From Gammaproteobacteria bacterium (lineage in GTDB: Bacteria; Pseudomonadota; Gammaproteobacteria; CBDBNL01; JAAOII01), in the NCBI GenBank assembly GCA_965207705.1, contig OZ242292.1, positions 1,637,276 to 1,701,275 on the forward strand: DNA of 64,000 nucleotides, given 5' to 3'. The notes below the pieces were generated by a model that was given only the letters and a program-made list of their open reading frames with translations, was not told the origin of the DNA and searched no databases. This document shows, piece by piece, positions 27,881-39,658 of this stretch (position 1 is its first letter; each line of letters begins with the position of its first letter). The translations under genes were made by a program, and so were the position numbers.

Positions 27881-29539
27881 TTATTTTAGTTCAATTAAAC
27901 ACACCCCATAAGGAGGCATGTTGATTATATCTGCGGTTAATTTTGTGTTGTTAAAAAAACTATGCGGAGTTATTTGCTTGCCTTGATAAGGAGTTTTAAA
28001 TTCCTTGTTATGTGGCGAATAATTAAATACGCATAATAATTTTTTATTATTATGTTCGCGCACAAACGCGAAAATATCCTTATCTGCTTCAACCAACTTC
28101 ATACTGCCTTGCTGAAGAACCGGCTCTTGTTTTCTCCATTGCAACATTGCCCTTGTAAACCAAAGCATTGATGACTTGTCTTTTTCTTGTAAATCAGCTG
28201 CCATTTTTAGATGTTGCTTGGGCACTGGCAACCAGGGCTTTTCTTGTGAGAAGCCGCCATACTTTTCATCAGATGTCCAGGGCATGGGTGTGCGACAACC
28301 ATCCCGCCCTTTATACTCGGGCCAGAACTGTTTGCCATAAGGATCTTGCAAATCCTCAAAAGCAATATCCGCTTCTGGCAATCCTAATTCCTCGCCTTGA
28401 TAGATGCAAGGGACGCCACGCATGGTTAATAACAAGGTCATCATAAAGCGGGTATAATCTGCTTGCAATTCGGGAGGGACTCCTTCCCCCTCATCACCCC
28501 CTCCATTATATCCCCCTCCATTATATCCCCCGCGGCTCGCCACCCGCGTCACATCGTGATTGCTAAAAGCCCAACACGGATAACCGTCTCCAAGGTTTTC
28601 ATCTAAATAGGTAAAAACTTTATACAAGTCGGCAGCATTAAATTCGCTTAGAAAGCAAAAGATATAAACCGAGTGCAATCTCTTGCCCGACTTAGTATAC
28701 AGGCACAAGGTATCAAGCTGCTCATTACCGCCAACTTCACCCACCATAAAACTACCAGGATACTTGTCTGCTACAGCGCGCAATTTTTCTATGAACGGCA
28801 GGTTTCTTTTATAATCAATGTCGTAAAGATGGTCTTGCATGAAGTATGGGTTAACCTTAGTCCCACCAAAAAAATTATCTTCCTTTACTGGCGGGTTGCT
28901 GCGCAGTTGCGGGTCTTGAGTATAGCAATGCGCGGTATCCAATCTAAATCCATCCACTCCTTTACTAAGCCAAAAATCAGCAACCTCAAGTATTGCCTTT
29001 TGCGTTTCCTCATTGTTAAAATTCAGGTCGGGCTGTTCCTTGAGAAACTGATGCAAGTAATACTGAGCGCGGCGCGGTTCCCATTGCCAGGCGCTGCCAC
29101 CAAAAATAGATAGCCAGTTATTGGGGGGAGAACCATCTGCTTGGGCATCCGCCCAGACATAGCGCTCATCTTTGCCTTGTTTAGCAACCGCCTGCTTAAA
29201 CCAATCGTGTTGATCCGATGTATGATTATATACTTGGTCAATAATTATCTTCATCCCCTGATTATGGGTTTGCTGGACTAACTCATCAAAATCCTTATTG
29301 CTGCCGAAAAGCGAGTCCACTGCGCAATAGTCCGCAATATCATAGCCGTAATCCTTCATGGGCGACTTAAAGAAAGGGGAAAGCCACAGCTTATCAATGC
29401 CAAGGTCTTTTAGATAGCCGAGTTTAGCGGTAATGCCAGGAAGGTCTCCAACTGCATCGCCGTTTGATGAAAAAAAGCTGCGTGGGTATATTTGATATAT
29501 AACCTCATTTTGCCAACTTGTATTTAGAACTGTTGTCAT
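27881..29539 (-). CDS. GH13 alpha-glucosidase (oligo-1,6-glucosidase / sucrose-isomaltulose hydrolase type) with a Gly/Tyr/Asn-rich insert
   Basis: GH13 subfamily signatures are present: QIYPRSF, DGVGDLPGI, GIDKLWLSPFFKSP, DQVYNHTS, GVDGFRLDTA, MVGEVG, and FSNHD at the final catalytic region. An unusual insert GGYNGGGYNGGGDEGEG is also present. Confidence 0.88.
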   Translation of the reverse strand: MTTVLNTSWQNEVIYQIYPRSFFSSNGDAVGDLPGITAKLGYLKDLGIDKLWLSPFFKSPMKDYGYDIADYCAVDSLFGSNKDFDELVQQTHNQGMKIIIDQVYNHTSDQHDWFKQAVAKQGKDERYVWADAQADGSPPNNWLSIFGGSAWQWEPRRAQYYLHQFLKEQPDLNFNNEETQKAILEVADFWLSKGVDGFRLDTAHCYTQDPQLRSNPPVKEDNFFGGTKVNPYFMQDHLYDIDYKRNLPFIEKLRAVADKYPGSFMVGEVGGNEQLDTLCLYTKSGKRLHSVYIFCFLSEFNAADLYKVFTYLDENLGDGYPCWAFSNHDVTRVASRGGYNGGGYNGGGDEGEGVPPELQADYTRFMMTLLLTMRGVPCIYQGEELGLPEADIAFEDLQDPYGKQFWPEYKGRDGCRTPMPWTSDEKYGGFSQEKPWLPVPKQHLKMAADLQEKDKSSMLWFTRAMLQWRKQEPVLQQGSMKLVEADKDIFAFVREHNNKKLLCVFNYSPHNKEFKTPYQGKQITPHSFFNNTKLTADIINMPPYGVCLIELK

Positions 29540-29549
29540 ATTATGTTAA

Positions 29550-30557
29550 TTATCCTTTAACTGCGCCAGCAGTGAGACCGGATATAATCCTCTTTTGAAA
29601 AATCAATACTAACACTACCAAAGGCACGGTTACTATTACTGATGCAGCCATTATGTCTCCCCAAGGAATCTCTTTATGGGATGCGCCAGAAAGCAATGCA
29701 ATGGCGACTGGGACAGTGCGCTGACTATCGCGCAGTATAAAAGTTAAGGCAAAAAGAAACTCATTCCAAGCAGCTATGAAAGCCAGCAGACCAGTGGTAA
29801 CTAATGATGGCCATAGTAACGGCATAAAAACTTTTGCCACAATGCGTAGGGGAGAGGCGCCGTCCATTATTGCTGCCTCTTCAAGCTCAATTGGAATTTC
29901 ACGCATAAAGGCAGTCAGAACCCACACAGTAAATGGCAGGGTGAATATCATATAGGAAAAGATTAATGACCCTAATGAGTTGAACAATCCAAAGAGAGAT
30001 ATTAATTCAAATAAACCAGAAAGAACTGATATTTGCGGGAACATTGACACGGATAAAATAGTTAATAATAGCAGCCCGCGCCCGCGAAAGCTTATACGAC
30101 TTAACGCATAGCTGGCAGTGACCGCCAGCGCTAATGAGATAGCTACTACCACAGTTGCCACTATAACCGAGTTCAGAAGGTTGCGCCCAAAAGAACCGCC
30201 CCTAAACACCGAAATATAGTTACTTATATCTATGGACTTTGGCAGATAATTAATTTCAAAAATAGCAGTCCCCGACTCAAATGAGGTTAGGATGGCATAA
30301 TAAAAAGGAAACACTGTAAAAAGTATGATGACACATATCATCCAAATTATCCACACCCTTAATGTCTGATTGAATAGATGACATACATAGCCAAAAGCCA
30401 ATCCCGCTAAAGCCGCCAACGCCTTACTGCCAAGCCCCCAGCTCATATCGGCGCTCTTGGCGATTAACGCCAATAGCAGCCATAATAATATTGCCTGCCC
30501 TATAATTTCCAGTCGTCTAAATAATGGAGGCATTTCCAGATTCATATATTTCGTCAT
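29550..30557 (-). CDS. sugar ABC transporter permease (MalG/UgpE-like)
   Basis: 6-TM BPD_transp_1 permease with an EAA loop (EAAIMDGASPLRI). Confidence 0.82.
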   Translation of the reverse strand: MTKYMNLEMPPLFRRLEIIGQAILLWLLLALIAKSADMSWGLGSKALAALAGLAFGYVCHLFNQTLRVWIIWMICVIILFTVFPFYYAILTSFESGTAIFEINYLPKSIDISNYISVFRGGSFGRNLLNSVIVATVVVAISLALAVTASYALSRISFRGRGLLLLTILSVSMFPQISVLSGLFELISLFGLFNSLGSLIFSYMIFTLPFTVWVLTAFMREIPIELEEAAIMDGASPLRIVAKVFMPLLWPSLVTTGLLAFIAAWNEFLFALTFILRDSQRTVPVAIALLSGASHKEIPWGDIMAASVIVTVPLVVLVLIFQKRIISGLTAGAVKG

Positions 30558-31474
30558 GACCCTAACTTAACCCTGCCAAGCTTTATATACAGTATGGTAA
30601 GGATTGAAATAATTAAGAATAATGCCGTGGAGGCACTGGCGCCATAACCGAACTTGGAAAAATCAAACATTTCAAGCTTGGCATAAACCGACATGCTCAT
30701 TGTTGCTTCATTGTTGGGAGTTAGCACATAAATCAAATCAAATATACGCAGTGAGTCCAAAGCGCGAAAAATTATTGCCACCATAAGTGGTTGTTTGATT
30801 AAAGGCAAGGTTATAAAGAAAAATCTTTTAATTGGGTGGATGCCGTCAACTTTCGCGGCTTCATACACTTCTCCAGGAAGCAATTGCAGAGCCGCCAAAG
30901 ATAACAATGTCATAAAGGGAGTGGTCTTCCAGACATCAGCTATTATGATAGCCACCATAGCTGTGTCTGGGGTTGCGGTCCAGGCAATTGGTTGGCTAAG
31001 AATACCAATTTGAATGAGAATATCATTAATTATTCCAAACTGGTCATTGAGCATCCAAGCCCACATCTTGGCGGATACTATTGTGGGAATTGCCCAGGGT
31101 ATGAGGATAGCAGCGCGCACGATAGCGCGTCCGCGAAATTGGACGTTGAGAGCCAGGGCGATTAGTAATCCTAAAACTGTTTCAATTGATACGGAAATAA
31201 CTGTAAAGTACAGAGTGTTCCAGACGGCTCGCCACCAGGAACTATTGGCGAATAAACCCCTTAGTTCGCCATTTTGATTAAGATGTAAGTAATTCTTAAA
31301 CCACACAAAATTATAATCGTCTTGTCCGAACTCCAATAAATCTGTGAAGCTAAAAAAGATAGTGCGTAGCAGGGGCCATGCCGCAGTAAAAGCTAGAACA
31401 GCTAACATGGGAGCCAAAAACAGCCATGCGGTCTTAACTCTCTGCTGTGTAAAAATACTTTGCTGACTCGGCAT
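30554..31474 (-). CDS. sugar ABC transporter permease (MalF/UgpA-like)
   Basis: 6-TM permease with an EAA loop (EAAKVDGIHPIKRFF), overlapping the downstream permease gene by 4 nt. Confidence 0.82.
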   Translation of the reverse strand: MPSQQSIFTQQRVKTAWLFLAPMLAVLAFTAAWPLLRTIFFSFTDLLEFGQDDYNFVWFKNYLHLNQNGELRGLFANSSWWRAVWNTLYFTVISVSIETVLGLLIALALNVQFRGRAIVRAAILIPWAIPTIVSAKMWAWMLNDQFGIINDILIQIGILSQPIAWTATPDTAMVAIIIADVWKTTPFMTLLSLAALQLLPGEVYEAAKVDGIHPIKRFFFITLPLIKQPLMVAIIFRALDSLRIFDLIYVLTPNNEATMSMSVYAKLEMFDFSKFGYGASASTALFLIISILTILYIKLGRVKLGS

Positions 31475-31496
31475 GTTTTACATTATACCTTACTCG

Positions 31497-31535
31497 TTAA
31501 ACAAAAAAGGGAAGTCAATGACTTCCCTTTTAAAA
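31497..31535 (-). terminator. Rho-independent terminator/attenuator downstream of the sugar-binding protein gene (minus strand)
   Basis: AAAAGGGAAGTC-AAT-GACTTCCCTTTT perfect 12-bp stem. On the minus strand it is followed by a UUUUUUGUUU tract. An adjacent 8-bp repeat AAATATTT x3 lies at 31533-31560. Confidence 0.65.
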
Positions 31536-31570
31536 TATTTAAATATTTAAATATTTAAAATGAACTAAGA

Positions 31571-32857
31571 TTACTGACCCCAGCCACTTCCTCTAAGCTC
31601 CTCAAGTTTTCTTTCCAAATTCTGCAAACTCGCTTCTGCGGATATGCTTTTGGTTAGAACATTATGAACCGCAGTCCAGAACTCCTTGGAAACCTCATTA
31701 TATTGTTTCTTAGTTGGAGCAGAAGGCCGTGGTACTGCTTGTTGTAAAACATCCAACCAATCAGCAAAGAATGGAACTGCTTCCAATACTTCTGCATCAC
31801 TATATAAAGAGGGAATTGTTGGCATCTTAGAACCGCGAATCGCATTGAACTTTTGCACTTCCTCGCTGGCGAGATACTTAGCAAGCTCAATGGCTTCATC
31901 TTGTTTCTTAGAATATGTGGATACTGCCAGATTCCAGCCACCCAAAGTAGCTGCTGAACCAGCGCCACCTGTAGGCAACGGAGCTACGCCAATTTTACCT
32001 TTAACTTTAGAGTCCTCGGCATTTTGTCCCAAAGAATAAGCATAAGGCCAATTGCGCATGAACACTGCATCGCCTCTTTGCCAGAGTCCGCGAGCTTCTT
32101 CTTCCTGGTAGGTTGTAACCCCTTGCGGAGATATACCACCAACCCAGCTGGAAGCCAATCTTAGAGCTCTTGCCGCATCGGGATTATTTACCGAGATGCT
32201 GCCATCCGCTTCAATGATTTGACCACCACCAGATGATTTTATCCATTCCAGGGCATCGCAGGTGAGTCCTTCATAAGCATTGCCTTGAAAGACAAAACCA
32301 TACATACCGTCATTTCCTTCATCTCTTTCGGAGTTCATTATGTACTCCGCAGTGTAAGTAAGGTCAAGCCAGGTCTGAGGAACTGGTTCATCGTATTTAT
32401 CCAACAAATCCTTACGATAATAAAGCGCTGGAGCATCGGTGAAAAAAGGCAAAGCAACTAAACGGCCATTTGATGTTTGCGATTGAATAATCGCGGGAAA
32501 GTGTTCTCCTGCAATATCGCTGGCAGCATCACTAAGGTCTACTAAATGATTGTCTATTTGTGGCGCCCATATAACATCTACAACATATATATCTATGTCA
32601 GAAGATTTAGAGTTCAGCCAAATTTTGAACTGGCCAAATATATCTGTAGTGGAAGCAGGCATTTGAACAATTTCAACTTCTTGTCCGGTTTCCTCTTGGT
32701 AGTCATCAAGAACTTCCCTCATTAATTCTATATCTTGCCCTACACTGCCATAAGCAATATGCAGAGTATCTGCCCCTTTGTTAGCACAGGACACTAGAAA
32801 TAACGAAGCAATAGTCAATAATGAAACCATTATGTTTGATAATTTAAAATATCTCAT
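31571..32857 (-). CDS. sugar ABC transporter periplasmic substrate-binding protein (SBP family 1)
   Basis: 428 aa with a lipoprotein-type signal (LFLVSCANKG) and a maltose/trehalose/sucrose-type SBP fold. It is the first gene of the minus-strand sugar operon. Confidence 0.8.
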   Translation of the reverse strand: MRYFKLSNIMVSLLTIASLFLVSCANKGADTLHIAYGSVGQDIELMREVLDDYQEETGQEVEIVQMPASTTDIFGQFKIWLNSKSSDIDIYVVDVIWAPQIDNHLVDLSDAASDIAGEHFPAIIQSQTSNGRLVALPFFTDAPALYYRKDLLDKYDEPVPQTWLDLTYTAEYIMNSERDEGNDGMYGFVFQGNAYEGLTCDALEWIKSSGGGQIIEADGSISVNNPDAARALRLASSWVGGISPQGVTTYQEEEARGLWQRGDAVFMRNWPYAYSLGQNAEDSKVKGKIGVAPLPTGGAGSAATLGGWNLAVSTYSKKQDEAIELAKYLASEEVQKFNAIRGSKMPTIPSLYSDAEVLEAVPFFADWLDVLQQAVPRPSAPTKKQYNEVSKEFWTAVHNVLTKSISAEASLQNLERKLEELRGSGWGQ

Positions 32858-32970
32858 AGTTTTGATTTATCTCTTGTTTAATAATAATAGTCGTTATTAT
32901 AAACTTAATTTAGTTATATGCTCCTTTCCACAAAATAATCGCAAAATAATTAAGATATAATAACCTACTT

Positions 32971-33576
32971 ATGGGAAAGAACGAACTAGAGAATAGAGAT
33001 AACTGGCAAACAGAAAGCGGCGCTAATGCACTAAATCTAGAAGAAATTTTCTTCTTAATATTTAAGAAAGAATTTCAAAAACCCGCCAATCTGAATTTTC
33101 AAATAAGAAAGAACCCCAAAGAATTTAAGAATATCTATAAAAATGTTAAACTCCCAAAAGGTGTTATTAAAGAAATATATAATCCTTCTAAAGATTACTT
33201 ACATGGCATCGCAATAGACTTTGCCATAGATAACCTACTAACGAATAAAACCTTATATATTGAAATAAAAAGACAAGATGGTTGGGTTGAGGGCATGCCT
33301 TCAAGTGCTGGCAGAGGGAACGCCCATGAAAGACTTTGTAAGTTTTTTACACCGGGATTACTAGGTGTTTTAAGAAAAGAAGGCAAGATAGATAACCTAC
33401 ACCTGCCTTTCTGGGCTGTTTTTGCTGGCAATATAACAAGAGATCCTAAAAGGGTAAGAGAGATAACTCTCTGGTTCCAAGGATATAATGATAATTTTTT
33501 TATGTGGCGTGATACAAAGAATAGTACCAAGCTTATCAATCATTTTAATAAAAAGTTAAAGCCCTTGCTCAGATAA
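32971..33576 (+). CDS. type II restriction endonuclease, EcoRI/MunI family (PD-(D/E)XK)
   Basis: 201 aa with the motif IDFAID ... LYIEIKRQDGWVEG ... SAGRGNAHER, which matches the catalytic D...E-x-K and the downstream GNAxER signature shared by EcoRI, RsrI and MunI. It converges on, and overlaps the 3' end of, an adenine methyltransferase gene, and lies in a very AT-rich island. Confidence 0.7.
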   Translation: MGKNELENRDNWQTESGANALNLEEIFFLIFKKEFQKPANLNFQIRKNPKEFKNIYKNVKLPKGVIKEIYNPSKDYLHGIAIDFAIDNLLTNKTLYIEIKRQDGWVEGMPSSAGRGNAHERLCKFFTPGLLGVLRKEGKIDNLHLPFWAVFAGNITRDPKRVREITLWFQGYNDNFFMWRDTKNSTKLINHFNKKLKPLLR

Positions 33577-34236
33577 TATATCTAGCCCCCAAGCGTCCCA
33601 GTCATCGTGCTCTTCTCTAGCAAATAATTCTATTTTATTTTGATTGGGGAATATTCTATTAATATTGTTTCTAACTTCAGCGGGCTTAGCGCTATGCTTG
33701 GTGCGAGGGACGTTTATTAACTGCTTAACATTTCTAGCTGCCCTTGTCGGTATTTTACCTCTCTTAAATAACAAACATAATTCACAATACGACATAGTAT
33801 ATTGTCCGGGATTATGCATCATCTTATTCCATACAAAGGCAACTGTTTTATACTTAAAGCCCCAAGCATTTCCTAACTTTATTGCTTGTTCTAAATGGGG
33901 GTTGGTAGTCCACATAAATAATATACAATTATCATCTGCGATGCCTCTCACTGGTATTTCCATCATCATATCCAATTTCATTGTAGGATATTTAAAACTG
34001 GCAGAACTCACGAATATTTTCTTCTGATAATCAGAGTTGATTTTCTTATTTAACGTATTATCAAATTGTAGCTTGCCATTATAATCCCAAGGAGGATCGG
34101 CATAAATAACTTCAAATTTTTTATTAGGGAATTTAGGGAACAATAAACCTTCATCATGCAAAGGGTTGGATTTCCTCTTTTCATGTTGTATAGGGTTATA
34201 TAAAGAATACCCTGAAATACTATTGCTGCTTGCCAT
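33556..34236 (-). CDS. MT-A70-family N6-adenine DNA methyltransferase (cognate MTase of the adjacent REase)
   Basis: 226 aa with the catalytic DPPW motif (VIYADPPWDY) and conserved MT-A70 blocks (ILFMWTT, AIKLGNAWGFKYKTVAFVWNK, KHSAKPAEV). Confidence 0.8.
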   Translation of the reverse strand: MASSNSISGYSLYNPIQHEKRKSNPLHDEGLLFPKFPNKKFEVIYADPPWDYNGKLQFDNTLNKKINSDYQKKIFVSSASFKYPTMKLDMMMEIPVRGIADDNCILFMWTTNPHLEQAIKLGNAWGFKYKTVAFVWNKMMHNPGQYTMSYCELCLLFKRGKIPTRAARNVKQLINVPRTKHSAKPAEVRNNINRIFPNQNKIELFAREEHDDWDAWGLDILSEQGL

Positions 34237-34366
34237 ATAAAATCAATCTTAATCTAATTATAAATTGTAAAGGAATATTCTAAATAATTCCAAGTAATTC
34301 TAAATAAATATTAATGCTTATAGGTAAAAATTAAAGTAGTATATAATTCCCTAATTATTTTAATAA

Positions 34367-34747
34367 ATGAATAAAATACTATCTAATCAACTGAACGTAA
34401 TAAAGCTTGTTTTGATAATGAGCATCTCTTATGCTGTTGTTGCGCTTGTTTTGGGACTAATAAAAGATATAACCATCGGTTTATCATTTTTATCTGGCGG
34501 CATTATTTATGCCGTTGCGATATTGATTTATGGTTTGATGTATTTTTCGCGGCGTGGTGCAATATCATCGCAACAGGTGCTGGTTTCCTTGGCATGGGGC
34601 ATCCTAATGAAATATTTAATCATTATTGTTTGTTGCTCACTCCTTTTGATATATACCCCCGTGCATAGTGGAGCATTTTTCAGCGCTCTGGCAATTGCTC
34701 ATTTAGCTTATATTGGGTTTATATCCCTGTATAATCGTTGGAATTAA
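34367..34747 (+). CDS. atpI: ATP synthase protein I (AtpI), small membrane protein preceding atpB
   Basis: 126 aa, 4 predicted TM helices, in the canonical position upstream of atpB. Confidence 0.6.
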   Translation: MNKILSNQLNVIKLVLIMSISYAVVALVLGLIKDITIGLSFLSGGIIYAVAILIYGLMYFSRRGAISSQQVLVSLAWGILMKYLIIIVCCSLLLIYTPVHSGAFFSALAIAHLAYIGFISLYNRWN

Positions 34748-34784
34748 AGCTATATTAAAATAATTATATATTGAAACAGGATAA

Positions 34785-35621
<837 letters not shown>

Positions 35622-35732
35622 AAACATTAGAAAGAGTAAAAACATCTTATAATAGGATAGAATGAAATAAAAATTTATGGGTAGAAATAACCCAAAGTTT
35701 ACAAGTTTATTAATTATTACAATTTGAGGTAA

Positions 35733-36462
<730 letters not shown>

Positions 36463-36463
<1 letters not shown>

Positions 36464-37026
36464 TGGAAACCATTGCTCGCCCTTACGCTCGCGCCGCTTT
36501 TGCTACGGCGCAACAGGCGCAACAAGTTCAAGATTGGTTTGAATTTTTTTGCGGACTGGAGAGGTTTATTCGCTCCAAGCAGCTTGTTGATACTTTGAAA
36601 AACCCTACCATTAGCAAGAAAGATAAAATGTCTTTGTTTCTTTCATTGTTTGCTGAAGGAGGGGAAGGAACAACATCCGCGGCAACGTTAGCATTGCCAG
36701 AACTGAAACAACCACAAAAGAACTTCTTATCTGTAGTTTTGGCTAACAGAAGGGTTGAGTATTTGCCCGCCATGAAAGAGTTATTTAATCAAATGAAACT
36801 TGCGGCTGAAAATACTATAAACGTCCAGGTTACTACCGCGTATAAGCTGGAAGAGAAGGAAAAATCTAATATAGCGCAGCTAATTGGTAAATTGACAGAC
36901 AAGAAGGCGGATATTATTGAAGAGGTTGATGCTTCTTTAATAGGGGGAGTGATTATTGAATGGGATGGAAAGACAATGGACCATTCTATTAAGGGTAAGC
37001 TAGACAAGCTAAGAACAAACTTATAA
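36463..37026 (+). CDS. atpH: F0F1 ATP synthase subunit delta
   Basis: 187 aa OSCP/delta family protein (C-terminal GGVIIEWDGKTMDHSIKGKL) with a short Gly/Glu/Thr-rich insert. Confidence 0.9.
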
Positions 37027-37051
37027 GTAATTAATATAGAAGATAGACATT

Positions 37052-38608
37052 ATGGAGAAACTTAATTCCACAGAAATAAGCGATATCATTCGCAAAAAAA
37101 TTCAAGATTTATCATTATCATCAGAAGCCGATAGCGAAGGGACTTTGATTGCCGTATCAGACGGCATTTTGCGGGTTCATGGACTACGTTCCGCCCAGTA
37201 TGGAGAGATGATAGAGTTGCCTCAAGGTGACACTGGAAACAGTTATGGCATGGTGCTTAATTTAGAACGTGACTCAGTTGGCTTGGTAGTTCTGGGCGAC
37301 TACGAGCACCTTAGAGAAGGAGACAAGGTTCGTTGTACAGGCAGAGTTTTAGAGGTTCCCGTAGGTGAGGGGCTATTAGGACGGGTAGTCAACCCACTCG
37401 GCGCTCCTTTGGATGGCGGCGGAGCTATCACAACCAAAGAAACATTGCCTATAGAAAGGGTTGCCCCAGGCGTGATAACCCGCCAATCAGTTTCTCAGCC
37501 AGTTCAGACCGGCTATAAAGCATTGGATGCTATGGTCCCTATAGGACGCGGACAGCGTGAACTTATCATAGGAGATAGACAAACTGGCAAAACCGCAGTA
37601 GCCATAGATGCCATTATTAATCAAAAGGGAACAGGAATTAAATGCGTATATGTTGCCATAGGACAGAAACAATCTTCAATTGCCAACATAGTTAGCACTC
37701 TTGCAGAGCATGGGGCGTTGGAGCATACTATAATTGTTGCGGCGCCAGCTGCAGCGCCAGCCGCAATGCAATTTATTGCCGCTTATTCTGGTTGCGCTAT
37801 GGGCGAGTTCTTTCGCGACCGCGGCGAGGATGCGCTAATAATTTATGATGACCTTACCAAGCATGCTTGGGCTTATAGGCAAATCTCTCTTTTGCTAAGA
37901 CGCCCACCAGGGCGCGAAGCATATCCTGGCGATGTTTTCTACTTGCACTCTCGTCTATTAGAAAGAGCATCGCGAGTTAATACCGCGTATGTTGAAAAGG
38001 CAACATCTGGCAAGGTAAAGGGACAAACAGGTTCTTTGACCGCATTACCCATAATAGAAACCCAGGCCGGCGATGTATCAGCATTTATCCCCACTAATGT
38101 TATTTCAATAACCGACGGGCAGATATATCTTGAGACAGATTTATTCAACGCTGGTATCCGTCCAGCAATTAATGCTGGTTTATCTGTGTCACGTGTGGGC
38201 GGCGCGGCTCAAACCCCCATCATCAAGAAGCTTGGTGGTAGCGTCCGTTTGGCGTTAGCGCAGTATCGTGAATTGGCAGCCTTTGCTCAGTTTGCCTCAG
38301 ATTTAGATGAGGCAACGCGTAAACAGCTGGAACTTGGACAAAGGGTTACCGAGCTAATGAAACAGAAACAATATAAGCCGCTTAGTGTGGCGTTTATGGC
38401 TTTTAGCTTGTTCGCCGCCAACGAAGGATTTTTGGACAAACTGGAAATCAAAGAAATAATTACTTATGAAGCAGCTATGCATGATTATATTCAAATTGAG
38501 CACAAGAAACTGGTTGATGAGATTAATAAAAATGGCGCTTACAATGATGACATTGCCAAGCAGATGCGCAGCGCTTTGGAGAGTTTCGCCACCAACGGCA
38601 GCTGGTAA
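37052..38608 (+). CDS. atpA: F0F1 ATP synthase subunit alpha
   Basis: 518 aa with Walker A GDRQTGKT and collinear similarity to F1 alpha. Confidence 0.97.
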   Translation: MEKLNSTEISDIIRKKIQDLSLSSEADSEGTLIAVSDGILRVHGLRSAQYGEMIELPQGDTGNSYGMVLNLERDSVGLVVLGDYEHLREGDKVRCTGRVLEVPVGEGLLGRVVNPLGAPLDGGGAITTKETLPIERVAPGVITRQSVSQPVQTGYKALDAMVPIGRGQRELIIGDRQTGKTAVAIDAIINQKGTGIKCVYVAIGQKQSSIANIVSTLAEHGALEHTIIVAAPAAAPAAMQFIAAYSGCAMGEFFRDRGEDALIIYDDLTKHAWAYRQISLLLRRPPGREAYPGDVFYLHSRLLERASRVNTAYVEKATSGKVKGQTGSLTALPIIETQAGDVSAFIPTNVISITDGQIYLETDLFNAGIRPAINAGLSVSRVGGAAQTPIIKKLGGSVRLALAQYRELAAFAQFASDLDEATRKQLELGQRVTELMKQKQYKPLSVAFMAFSLFAANEGFLDKLEIKEIITYEAAMHDYIQIEHKKLVDEINKNGAYNDDIAKQMRSALESFATNGSW

Positions 38609-38647
38609 TTTAGGGACGCAGCTGATAGAATTGCTAATAGATAAGTC

Positions 38648-39547
38648 ATGGCAGTAGGCAAAGAAATAAAGACCAAAATCCGCAGTATCCAAAGTACGCG
38701 CAAAATTACGAGTGCTATGGAGCTGGTGGCAGCCAGTAAAATGAAAAAGGTGCAGGAACGGATGGCGGCAACTCGTCCCTATAGCGCTAATATGATTGCG
38801 ATTATCCATCAGATAGCCGCATCCTCGTCAGAGTATCACCACTCTTTTATGGATGAAAGAGAAGTTAAGAATGTCGGCATGATAATTGTATCCAGTGACC
38901 GTGGTCTATGTGGTGGCCTTAACTACGCTTTGTTTAAGAAAACCCTACTCAGCGAAAAAGAATGGGAAGAAAAAGGCGTCAATACTAAGATGGCGGTGTA
39001 CGGCAGCAAAGGAGGTAATTTTTTCAAAGGGATGGGTAAGCACATGGAAGCGGCGCAAAGCAAATTGAGTGACCATGCCACTATGGATGAACTTGGTGGA
39101 GTGCTCAAGGTTATGTTAGACCTCTACCGCGATAAAAGCATAGATGCGTTGTACTTGGGATTTAACCGCTTTGTCAACACTATGGTGCAAGCCCCTACTT
39201 TACAACAGCTTTTACCCTTACCTTCGTATAAAGAGGAAGTTGCTGACGGTAAATACGAGATGCCTCAGCAAATACTACAAAGGAAGTATGCTTGGGACTA
39301 TCTTTATGAGCCAGATGCAAAAGAATTATTGGACAAGTTATTGGAAAGATATTGCGAATCTTCTTTATACCAAGCGGTGGTAGAAAATCTATCCTGTGAA
39401 CAGGCGGCAAGAATGATAGCAATGAAAAGCGCAACTGATAATGCTGGAGAGATTATTGAGGAATTACAACTCATCTATAATAAAGCTCGTCAAGCGGTTA
39501 TTACTCAAGAAATATCTGAGATAGTTGCAGGTTCTGAAGCACTTTAA
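38648..39547 (+). CDS. atpG: F0F1 ATP synthase subunit gamma
   Basis: 299 aa gamma-subunit family protein (N-terminal MAVGKEIKTKIRSIQSTRKITSAMELVAASKM). The expected atpD and atpC do not follow. Confidence 0.95.
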   Translation: MAVGKEIKTKIRSIQSTRKITSAMELVAASKMKKVQERMAATRPYSANMIAIIHQIAASSSEYHHSFMDEREVKNVGMIIVSSDRGLCGGLNYALFKKTLLSEKEWEEKGVNTKMAVYGSKGGNFFKGMGKHMEAAQSKLSDHATMDELGGVLKVMLDLYRDKSIDALYLGFNRFVNTMVQAPTLQQLLPLPSYKEEVADGKYEMPQQILQRKYAWDYLYEPDAKELLDKLLERYCESSLYQAVVENLSCEQAARMIAMKSATDNAGEIIEELQLIYNKARQAVITQEISEIVAGSEAL

Positions 39548-39658
39548 TTTATTGATAATTTATTAATAATTTATTGACTTCTTGATTTTTAGTTCTTTAT
39601 CTCTTTAGCGCTGATAAAATGAACTTGTGTTAAATGACACCAATTACGACTTTTAATT

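Noticed and set aside
32860-34360. Controller (C) protein or third gene in the R-M island
   Set aside because: There is no additional ORF with an HTH in the short AT-rich flanks. The system appears to be a two-gene system.
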